A stretch of 9,418 bases of DNA from the IMG/VR virus record IMGVR_UViG_2778261154_000013, positions 1 to 9,418 of that record; one strand, 5' to 3'. Positions 1 through 6,121 of the stretch are shown piece by piece. This DNA is from a virus. Lineage: Duplodnaviria; Heunggongvirae; Uroviricota; Caudoviricetes. Under the pieces are notes generated by a model that saw nothing but the letters and a program-made list of their open reading frames with translations, was not told the origin of the DNA and ran no database searches. Within the stretch, counting starts at the first letter, position 1. Each line of letters begins with the position of its first letter. A program made the translations under genes and the position numbers.

Positions 1-286
1 AACTGTGCCGCGTGCGCTTAGCCGCATTCACCGCATCACAAAATTCACTTTAAAAAGGGCGGACATCAGCCAGCAATTAAACCGATGCCGCCAACTGGTA
101 CTTCACACAGCAATGTCGTTATTTACAACCGGAAGCGCACTCCCACCATTTAAATTTCACAGACAAGACCGACTCTTTATGAATACCGGAAATGCGCCTT
201 CGTGTTGTGCCCGGTTTTATTTCACCACCTCCGGGCTTTGGTGGTATCTTTACTGAAGTTTTCACACAACCAGTAAGGAAATGAAT
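1..286. other. Non-coding leader/intergenic region upstream of the 287..577 gene
   Basis: All three minus-strand frames hit stops within the first 80 nt, and the only longer minus-frame stretch (122-313) has no ATG. The + ORF 5..256 is Cys/Arg-rich with no RBS. Contains a hairpin ACCACC(224-229)/GGTGGT(240-245) with a 10-nt loop. Confidence 0.5.
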
Positions 287-577
287 ATGCCAACGTATCT
301 CGCCAGAGTAGAACTATATAATGCTGAGCCAGAGGATTACGAAGGGCTTCATAAATATATGCTCTCACTAGGATTCAGGAGAACGATCCCCCATGGAGAT
401 GGTTCGTATAATCAACTCCCGGACGGAACTTATGTTTCCGAAAAGGGCGGTGATATTTATCAAATTCGCAGCCAGATATCTGACTATGCAGACCGACTAT
501 CCGGGTATCGCGCGTCTGTTTTTGTTTGTGAATTCAGTCAATGCGCATGGTATTTATACCCCGCCAAGACCCGGTGA
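287..577 (+). CDS. Hypothetical 96-aa soluble protein in the sieB-equivalent slot; candidate moron or superinfection-exclusion gene
   Basis: ORF 281..577; the second ATG at 287 has SD AAGGA (275-279) at 7-nt spacing, whereas ATG 281 directly abuts the SD. No hydrophobic segment, so it is not SieB-like. Rightward orientation opposite the leftward early genes, as for sieB in Rac/lambda. No family recognised by eye. Confidence 0.6.
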   Translation: MPTYLARVELYNAEPEDYEGLHKYMLSLGFRRTIPHGDGSYNQLPDGTYVSEKGGDIYQIRSQISDYADRLSGYRASVFVCEFSQCAWYLYPAKTR

Positions 578-757
578 ATATCCTGCACGGCCTTCTGCTT
601 TGTAGAAGGCTTCTTCGCTATCATAATCGCCAGATTCCAGCGCTTCTTTAGCCAGCCAGATGCGTGCCCCAGTGCCTGCATTTGGCTCCAGTTGCTGGAG
701 GCGTTTTGCATCTTCTAGGAGTAGAGCGATAACGTGTTTTAATTCTGTCTCGTTCAT
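554..757 (-). CDS. Small hypothetical early-left protein (Rac YdaF/YdaG-like, tentative), 67 aa
   Basis: Minus-strand ORF 554..766 (GTG); the internal ATG at 757 has SD AGGTGA 5 nt upstream and gives MNETELKHVIALLLEDAKRLQQLEPN... The start lies 1 nt downstream of the upstream gene's stop (coupled). The 3' end overlaps the convergent 287..577 gene by 24 nt. Confidence 0.6.
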   Translation of the reverse strand: MNETELKHVIALLLEDAKRLQQLEPNAGTGARIWLAKEALESGDYDSEEAFYKAEGRAGYSPGLGGV

Positions 758-758
758 T

Positions 759-914
759 TTACTCACCTGAATGTCTTCCCAACCAACGACGTGCGCCAGC
801 TTCGGTTTTAAACGTTTTGCTTTTGGTATACGTCATGGCGGTGAATGTGCCGTCTTGATTGGGAAACACGCCACATACCAGAGATTCGTTGTTGCCAAGA
901 TCGATAGTATTCAT
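759..914 (-). CDS. Small hypothetical early-left protein, 51 aa (Rac YdaF/YdaG-like, tentative)
   Basis: ORF 759..977 begins with TTG; the internal ATG at 914 is preceded by a G-rich SD (GGGG, 5-nt spacing) and gives MNTIDLGNNESLVCGVFPNQDGTFTAMTYTKSKTFKTEAGARRWLGRHSGE. First gene downstream of the pL-like promoter. Confidence 0.6.
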   Translation of the reverse strand: MNTIDLGNNESLVCGVFPNQDGTFTAMTYTKSKTFKTEAGARRWLGRHSGE

Positions 915-1094
915 GTTGACCCCATTTCCCCTTAACGCCGGGTGGCGGAACGTTTTATCTACTGCGCTTTGTATCAATCAACAACTGCCGTCATGTTCGT
1001 ATGCCTCAGGCTGGCTACTTAGCCCTGTTCAGTGACTGGATAACTCGAGGTATTGTCCTGCCGTTCTCTGGTGGGGCGTTGTTTGGATATGCTT

Positions 1095-1136
1095 ATTAAA
1101 CACAATTTGTTTTCTTATGTCAACACGTAATGTGTT
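1095..1136 (-). promoter_or_regulatory. pL-like leftward early promoter with overlapping operator sites
   Basis: On the minus strand: -35 TTGACA (revcomp of 1118-1123), 17-nt spacer, -10 TTTAAT (revcomp of 1095-1100). Operator-like inverted repeat AACACgtaatGTGTT at 1122-1136 overlaps the -35; a degenerate copy AACACaatttGTTTT at 1099-1113 overlaps the spacer. Confidence 0.5.
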
Positions 1137-1164
1137 TTATGGTGGGTGTCATATGATGATGCTA

Positions 1165-1190
1165 CAAAAAAGCCCGCTGATAGCGGGCTG
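1165..1190 (-). terminator. Rho-independent terminator ending the repressor transcript
   Basis: Perfect 8-bp stem AGCCCGCT(1171-1178)/AGCGGGCT(1182-1189) with a 3-nt loop, followed on the minus strand by a U-run (+ strand A-run 1166-1170). Lies 30-55 nt downstream of the repressor stop (1220). No T-run on the + side, so it is unidirectional. Confidence 0.8.
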
Positions 1191-1219
1191 ATTGGCATAT
1201 TACTGTGATAGCAAGATCA

Positions 1220-1639
1220 TTATTCCGGTGGGGGATTATCTTTAATCCTGCCTCTCAAATATTTTTCTACATACTCATCGATTTCTTTTAGCCGGACTTC
1301 AAATAGCTCAATCATTCGTTGTTGTTCTGAGCCCGGTAGCTGGTTAAACAACTCAAGAAGTTTTCGTTGGGATTCATTTAACCACAATTCAGAAGATTCC
1401 TGTTCTCCAAAGAGGAGCTCAGGAGGAGATATGCCAAGTGCCTTTCCCAATACGACAGCGTCATGTACTCCAACATTTCTGCTGCCCGCCTCATAGTTAC
1501 CTATACGCGATTGCGTCCATCCGCAGATTTCAGCAAGTTTTCCTTGAGATAAACCAAGCTTCTGCCTGCGCTCTTTAAGACGCATTGCAATTTTGTCATT
1601 GAGCCTACTAGCGGCAATTTTTTCGTTTTCTTTTTCCAT
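1220..1639 (-). CDS. Prophage repressor, XRE-family helix-turn-helix, no S24 peptidase domain
   Basis: 139 aa; HTH signature LGLSQGKLAEICGWTQSRIGNYEAG; ATG at 1639 with SD AAGGA. Divergent from the Cro-like gene, the classic cI/cro arrangement. Too short to carry a LexA-like autocleavage domain. Confidence 0.85.
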   Translation of the reverse strand: MEKENEKIAASRLNDKIAMRLKERRQKLGLSQGKLAEICGWTQSRIGNYEAGSRNVGVHDAVVLGKALGISPPELLFGEQESSELWLNESQRKLLELFNQLPGSEQQRMIELFEVRLKEIDEYVEKYLRGRIKDNPPPE

Positions 1640-1735
1640 TGCATCCTTGTATCACGAATCGTGATTTACATAAAACACAAAACAGCTTGACTATATAACA
1701 CAAGGTGTGTTTAAAATTGTCATCGGAGGTTTTCA
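1640..1735. promoter_or_regulatory. Divergent immunity operator/promoter region (pRM-like leftward, pR-like rightward)
   Basis: Perfect palindrome ATCACGAaTCGTGAT at 1651-1665. Second palindrome AACACAaggTGTGTT at 1697-1711, of the same AACAC..GTGTT family as the oL sites. Putative rightward -35 TTGACT at 1687-1692 and -10-like TAAAAT at 1712-1717 (spacer about 19 nt, so the alignment is uncertain). SD GGAGG at 1725-1729. Confidence 0.6.
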
Positions 1736-1960
1736 ATGAACAAAATTTCAACATATCGAAAACAGCTTGGGCTGTCTCAAAGACAACTTGCTGTTCAGTT
1801 AGGGTGGATACAAAGCCGACTGGCAAATTACGAAGCAAATTTTCGTACCCCTGGACTAGAGGAGTGCAGAAAAATTGTTTCTACCCTTAATCGGCTTGGC
1901 GCTCATTGTGGACTTGACGATGTATTCCCCCAGACGGTAAGCATAGCGAAAACAGCATAG
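1736..1960 (+). CDS. Cro-like small HTH regulator (XRE family)
   Basis: 74 aa; HTH LGLSQRQLAVQLGWIQSRLANYEAN; SD GGAGG 6 nt upstream; first gene of the rightward operon, divergent from the repressor. Confidence 0.85.
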   Translation: MNKISTYRKQLGLSQRQLAVQLGWIQSRLANYEANFRTPGLEECRKIVSTLNRLGAHCGLDDVFPQTVSIAKTA

Positions 1961-1973
1961 GAGCGGTTGATTC

Positions 1974-2396
1974 ATGAAAATCAGGCATGAGCACATCGAA
2001 TCAGTGTTGTTAGCCCTGGCAGCCGAAAAAGGGCAGGCGTGGGTCGCTAACGCAATTACTGAAGAATATCTGCGCCAGGGGGGCGGCGAATTGCCCCTTG
2101 TACCAGGCAAGGACTGGAACAATCAGCAGAATATCTATCACCGTTGGTTGAAAGGTGAAACGAAAGCGCAAAGGGAAAAAATTCAGAAGCTGATCCCAGC
2201 AATTCTGGCAATCCTTCCGCGCGAGCTGCGTCACCGACTCTGCATCTTCGATACCCTGGAACGCCGTGCATTACTGGCGGCGCAGGAAGCGTTGAGTACG
2301 GCAATTGATGCGCATGATGATGCAGTCCAGGCCGTTTACCGGAAAGCGCATTTCAGCGGCGGCGGGTCTTCCGACGATTCTGTCATTGTTCATTAA
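1974..2396 (+). CDS. ydaT: CII-like regulator, Rac YdaT-like protein
   Basis: 140 aa, same length and position (immediately after the Cro-like gene) as Rac YdaT; the sequence matches my recollection of YdaT (MKI.HEHIESVL.ALAAEKGQAWVANAITEEYLRQGGGELPLVPG...). SD AGGAG upstream. Confidence 0.7.
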   Translation: MKIRHEHIESVLLALAAEKGQAWVANAITEEYLRQGGGELPLVPGKDWNNQQNIYHRWLKGETKAQREKIQKLIPAILAILPRELRHRLCIFDTLERRALLAAQEALSTAIDAHDDAVQAVYRKAHFSGGGSSDDSVIVH

Positions 2397-2459
2397 GCAA
2401 AAGTTTCCATGCTGTTTGTGCTTATTCTAAGCAACCGGGCAGCATCATACGGGGCAATT

Positions 2460-3608
2460 ATGGCCGCATTACCATACATGCAACTGTACATAGCTGATTA
2501 CCTGGCTGACACCATGCATTTGTCAGCAGAGGAGCACGGCGCGTATTTGTTGCTGATGTTCAATTACTGGCAAACAGGAAAGCCAATACCCAAAAACAGG
2601 TTGGCAAAAATTGCCCGTCTGACTAACGAGCGATGGGTTGATGTTGAACCATCCTTGCGGGAGTTTTTTTGTGATAACGGCGACGAATGGATGCATCTTC
2701 GGATTGAGGAAGATCTGGCATCTGTCAGAGAAAAATTAACCAAAAAATCAGCCGCAGGAAAAGCATCTGTTCAGGCCAGAAGAAGCAGAAAGGAAGCAGA
2801 TGTTCAAACAAAACAAGAGAGAAATTTAACAGGTGTTCAAACAGATGTTGGAGTGATGTTCGAACATGATGCCAACACAAAGGCAACTAATAAAGATACA
2901 GATAAAGATCTAAAAACAGATCTAACCCATCCCAAACCCTTCCCTTCCGGAAGGGAGTTTCGGGATTTTGTGGCTGGAGTGCTTGAGGGGAGATTATCTG
3001 GCGGTACTGCAGCGGAATTTTGTAATTCTGCGGTGGTTGCGTTGCAGGCTGCTGGCCTGGATGTCTGTCGTGAGTATCCGGTGCCAGAGCGTGGTGACGG
3101 TTGCGGAGGGCGGATTGATATCGTCGTGACTGACAGGAACGGTGTCCGGTGTGGGATCGAGCTTGACCGAAATTCTCCGCGACAGAAATCACTGCTCAAA
3201 ATCGGTGCTGTTGAAACCGGGATATGTGTCTTGCGGCGCAGTGATATCGCAAGGCACACCGAGCAGGGAATTCTGGTTATCGGTGGGGCTGTTCGCCAGA
3301 AAAAATTTGACCCGTTGTCAGTTGATCTGCCCGACTGGTTGCCAGAAACACTCTGGCATGAGTGGGTCCAGTTCAGGCAGGCATTGCGAAAACCGATTCG
3401 AACGGAGCAGGGCGCTAACGGGGCGATACGGGAACTGGAAAAATTCCGTCAGCAGGGTTTTACACCTGAGCAGGTGATTCGACACAGCATCGCCAATGAA
3501 TACCAGGGTCTGTTCGCGCCGAAAGGTGTTCGGCCTGAGACGTTGCTCCGACAGGTTAACACCGTCTCGTTGCCGGACAGTGCGATCCCGCCAGGCTTCA
3601 GGGGGTAA
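2460..3608 (+). CDS. Replication initiation-associated protein, DUF1376 (YdaU-like) N-terminal domain, 382 aa
   Basis: ORF 2409..3608; start preferred at ATG 2460 (SD GGGG, about 6-nt spacing), since ATG 2409 has no SD. N-terminus YMQLYIADYLADTMHLSAEEHGAYLLLMFNYW is the DUF1376 hallmark. Sits in the lambda O position, directly before the DnaC-like gene. Confidence 0.8.
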   Translation: MAALPYMQLYIADYLADTMHLSAEEHGAYLLLMFNYWQTGKPIPKNRLAKIARLTNERWVDVEPSLREFFCDNGDEWMHLRIEEDLASVREKLTKKSAAGKASVQARRSRKEADVQTKQERNLTGVQTDVGVMFEHDANTKATNKDTDKDLKTDLTHPKPFPSGREFRDFVAGVLEGRLSGGTAAEFCNSAVVALQAAGLDVCREYPVPERGDGCGGRIDIVVTDRNGVRCGIELDRNSPRQKSLLKIGAVETGICVLRRSDIARHTEQGILVIGGAVRQKKFDPLSVDLPDWLPETLWHEWVQFRQALRKPIRTEQGANGAIRELEKFRQQGFTPEQVIRHSIANEYQGLFAPKGVRPETLLRQVNTVSLPDSAIPPGFRG

Positions 3609-3614
3609 CAGACC

Positions 3615-4361
3615 ATGAAAAATATTGCGACAGGAGGCGTTCTGGAGCGTATCCGCAGACTGACCCCACCACATGTAACCGCCCCATTCAGAACGGTTGC
3701 GGAGTGGCGCGAGTGGCAACTTGCTGAAGGCCAGAAACGTTGCGAGGAGATCAACCGCCTGAATCGTCAGTTGCGGGTGGAAAAAATCCTGAACCGCTCC
3801 GGCATCCAGCCGTTGCACCGGAAGTGTTCGTTTGCGAATTACCGGGCGCAGAACGACGGTCAGCGACATGCACTGAGTCAGGCGAAATCCATAGCTGACG
3901 AACTGATGACAGGCTGTACGAATTTTGTGTTCAGCGGTAAGCCCGGCACCGGAAAAAATCATCTTGCAGCCGCGATTGGCAACCGGCTGATGGCGAAGGG
4001 GCGTAGCGTGATTATCGTCACCGTGTCCGATGTCATGAGCGTGTTGCATGAGAGCTACGACAACGGCAAATCCGGTGAAAAATTTTTACAGGAGCTTTGT
4101 GGTGTTGACCTGCTGGTCCTGGATGAAATTGGCATGCAGCGGGATACGAAAAACGAGCAGGTGGTACTGAACCAGATTGTTGATCGCCGGACGGCATCGT
4201 TACGCGGTGTGGGGATGCTGACAAATATTAACCATGCAGCGATGAATACACTTCTCGGCGAGCGGGTGATGGATCGCATGGTCATGAACGGCGGGCGCTG
4301 GGTGAATTTTAACTGGGAGAGCTGGCGTCCGAATGTTAGCCATTCGAGGGTTGTTAAGTAG
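3615..4361 (+). CDS. ydaV: DnaC-like replicative helicase loader (IstB-like AAA+ ATPase)
   Basis: 248 aa; Walker A FSGKPGTGKNHLAAAIG and Walker B LLVLDEIG closely resemble DnaC; start 7 nt after the upstream stop, with SD GGGGG. Confidence 0.9.
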   Translation: MKNIATGGVLERIRRLTPPHVTAPFRTVAEWREWQLAEGQKRCEEINRLNRQLRVEKILNRSGIQPLHRKCSFANYRAQNDGQRHALSQAKSIADELMTGCTNFVFSGKPGTGKNHLAAAIGNRLMAKGRSVIIVTVSDVMSVLHESYDNGKSGEKFLQELCGVDLLVLDEIGMQRDTKNEQVVLNQIVDRRTASLRGVGMLTNINHAAMNTLLGERVMDRMVMNGGRWVNFNWESWRPNVSHSRVVK

Positions 4362-4375
4362 TTTCAGGAGGATTT

Positions 4376-4798
4376 ATGGCGAAACCTTTTACTCCCGAAC
4401 AGCGGGAAGAACTGAAGACGCGAATTGTGGAACTCGTGCATCAGGACGGTCGGGTCACGATTCGGCAGTTGTCAGATGAAACAGGTATCAGTCGTGCGTC
4501 TGTCGGTCGCTTATGCATGGAACTGGTCGCAAGTGGTGATGTATATAATTCTGGCTACGGCTTATTCCCGTCTGAACAGGCTCGCAAGGACTGGCAAAGC
4601 GCCCGCAAAAAACTCTTGAGAGTAAAGGTGAGGAAACCGGTTGTTGTTGATCCGGACCTTATCTGGTCATTACCTGACGGAGAAATACGCCGCTACGACA
4701 GGCGCCTGAATATAATCTGTCGCGAGTGCCGGAAAAGCAAGGTTATGCAGCGTGTGCTGGCGTTCTATCAGGGTAACTTTCAGGAGGTGATGGCGTGA
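4376..4798 (+). CDS. Hypothetical protein with N-terminal winged-helix-like DNA-binding region
   Basis: 140 aa; SD AGGAGG 7 nt upstream; N-terminal segment VTIRQLSDETGISRASVGRLCMELVASGDV resembles a wHTH; stop overlaps the start of the next gene. Confidence 0.7.
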   Translation: MAKPFTPEQREELKTRIVELVHQDGRVTIRQLSDETGISRASVGRLCMELVASGDVYNSGYGLFPSEQARKDWQSARKKLLRVKVRKPVVVDPDLIWSLPDGEIRRYDRRLNIICRECRKSKVMQRVLAFYQGNFQEVMA

Positions 4799-5100
4799 GG
4801 GTGAGAGTTTATATTGCCGGTCCAATGACCGGGTATAAAAATTTCAACCGTGAGGCGTTCCACAAGGCGGAAGAGAAGCTGAAACAGAAAGGGTGCACGG
4901 TGTTGAATCCGGCAGTGCTTCCTGGTGGGCTGACACAGGCGCAGTACATGGATATTTGTACGGCGATGCTCCGCTGTGTGGATACGATTTACATGTTGAA
5001 AGGCTGGCATCGGTCGGCAGGTGCTAAGGCAGAACTGGCGCTGGCGGCGAAACTGGGGCATGAGGTTGTATTTCAGGAGGCAACCAGTGAGCAAGATTGA
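4795..5100 (+). CDS. DUF4406 family protein (nucleoside 2-deoxyribosyltransferase-like fold)
   Basis: 101 aa; GTG start at 4795 with SD GGAGG (4783-4787); N-terminal motif VYIAGPMTG...NF....F typical of DUF4406/NDT-like proteins; overlaps the upstream stop by 4 nt (GTGA). Confidence 0.75.
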   Translation: MRVRVYIAGPMTGYKNFNREAFHKAEEKLKQKGCTVLNPAVLPGGLTQAQYMDICTAMLRCVDTIYMLKGWHRSAGAKAELALAAKLGHEVVFQEATSEQD

Positions 5101-5695
5101 CTATCAGGCACTGCGTGAGGCGGCACAGAACGCGAAAGATTTAGGTGGGATTAAGAATTACAAGCGAGGTGAGCAAGCTGTTGCCGAATTTGAGTCCTTG
5201 ATAACGGCACACCTTGTGCTGGCACTGCTGGATGAACGGGAAAGAAACCAGCAATACATAAAACGCCGCGATCAGGAGAACGAGGAAATTGCGCTAACGG
5301 TAGGGAAGCTGCGTGTTGAGCTTGAAGCAGAAAAATCAAAACTCAACGAGCAGCGTGAGTATTACGAGGGAGTAATCGCGGATGGAAGTAAGCGCATAGC
5401 AGAACTGGAAGCACGGGAAATAAAACCAGCCAAAGGCGAAGTTCTTGTCGTTGTATCTGGTTTTACTGGTTGCGGGAAAAGCGCCATTGCCGGGGAAATA
5501 GAAATTGCGATGAAAGCTATTGGTGTGCCGGTTCTATGGACTAATGGCGATGCGGAAAAGCGCATGACAGGAGCTGACTGGCTGACAGCGATTGAGATGT
5601 ACAAACCAACTGTGCGCATCGTGGAAGTTAATGTGCCACGCGCCGCTGGCATTCGCATCAAAGGAGAGGAGCATGCAAATAAAACCAGAAGATGA
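5087..5695 (+). CDS. Ead/Ea22-like coiled-coil phage protein
   Basis: GTG start at 5087 with SD AGGAGG (5075-5080); N-terminus SKIDYQALREAAQNAKD... typical of ead/Ea22-like prophage proteins; central coiled-coil (LRVELEAEKSKLNEQREYYEG); overlaps the upstream gene by 14 nt. Confidence 0.7.
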   Translation: MSKIDYQALREAAQNAKDLGGIKNYKRGEQAVAEFESLITAHLVLALLDERERNQQYIKRRDQENEEIALTVGKLRVELEAEKSKLNEQREYYEGVIADGSKRIAELEAREIKPAKGEVLVVVSGFTGCGKSAIAGEIEIAMKAIGVPVLWTNGDAEKRMTGADWLTAIEMYKPTVRIVEVNVPRAAGIRIKGEEHANKTRR

Positions 5696-6029
5696 GTTAA
5701 GTAATATTGTTTTATTTCCGGTAAAGGAGGATGACCCACGTGATCAGGTTAATTTTCTTTATGAGCCATCGGAAAGACCATACTGCCATCACGCTTCTGT
5801 CCGGGTTGACGAAAAAGAGCGTCAGGTCCGCTGTAAAATCTGCGGTGCAGTTGTGGAGCCATTTGACTGGATGCTCTCTGTGGCGAAAAGAGAAACCAGA
5901 CTGGCAGATGATGTAAGGTTATTGCGCCAGGAGGAACAGGAAAGGCGGAAAAATATAGAAAAGCTGATACAGATTGAGCGTAACGCGAAAGCGCGGATAC
6001 GCAGGGCGACAAAATCCAGAACTGAATAA
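5673..6029 (+). CDS. Hypothetical small protein with putative zinc-ribbon (C-H-H ... C-x2-C) and basic coiled-coil tail
   Basis: ATG 5673 with SD AAGGAGAGGAG immediately upstream; the listed start at 5592 has no SD and lies deep inside the ead-like gene. Motif YCHHASVRVDEKERQVRCKICG. Overlaps the ead-like 3' end by 23 nt. Confidence 0.6.
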   Translation: MQIKPEDELSNIVLFPVKEDDPRDQVNFLYEPSERPYCHHASVRVDEKERQVRCKICGAVVEPFDWMLSVAKRETRLADDVRLLRQEEQERRKNIEKLIQIERNAKARIRRATKSRTE

Positions 6030-6121
6030 TTAAATTTAGCACTGTTAAAAATTTAATCCTTAACCGGAGGGATTTCTGCACCCTCAAATCATCAGGAGAC
6101 CGCCCGAAAGGGCGGTAATGA

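Noticed and set aside
5-256. + strand ORF of 83 aa in the leader region
   Set aside because: Cys/Arg-rich, low-complexity translation, no SD, and it ends before the real gene; most likely non-coding.
393-605. + strand 70-aa ORF in an alternative frame
   Set aside because: Lies entirely within, and out of frame with, the better-supported 287..577 gene; no SD.
1608-1890. ORFs 1608..1838 (-) and 1705..1890 (+) across the operator region
   Set aside because: They overlap the divergent promoter/operator and the Cro-like and repressor genes in the wrong frames; shadow ORFs.
1856-2304. Minus-strand ORFs 1856..2122, 2010..2234 and 2056..2304
   Set aside because: Antisense to the Cro-like and YdaT-like genes, with no SD; typical shadow ORFs.
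2409-2459. Upstream ATG at 2409 as start of the YdaU-like gene
   Set aside because: No SD; the encoded N-terminal 17 aa are hydrophobic junk preceding the conserved DUF1376 start; ATG 2460 has a G-rich SD. Kept only as an alternative.
2837-4285. ORFs inside the replication genes (2837..3259 -, 2887..3192 -, 3142..3477 +, 3318..4049 -, 3449..3754 -, 4033..4224 -, 4055..4285 -)
   Set aside because: All overlap the strongly supported YdaU-like and DnaC-like genes in antisense or alternative frames; translations are Arg/Ser/Pro-rich and low-complexity.
4425-5739. ORFs 4425..4619 (+), 4780..5094 (-), 5151..5339 (-), 5362..5739 (-), and the 5021 and 5592 upstream starts
   Set aside because: Shadow frames of the coupled + strand genes; the 5021 and 5592 starts lack an SD and run through the upstream gene, whereas 5087 and 5673 have strong SDs.
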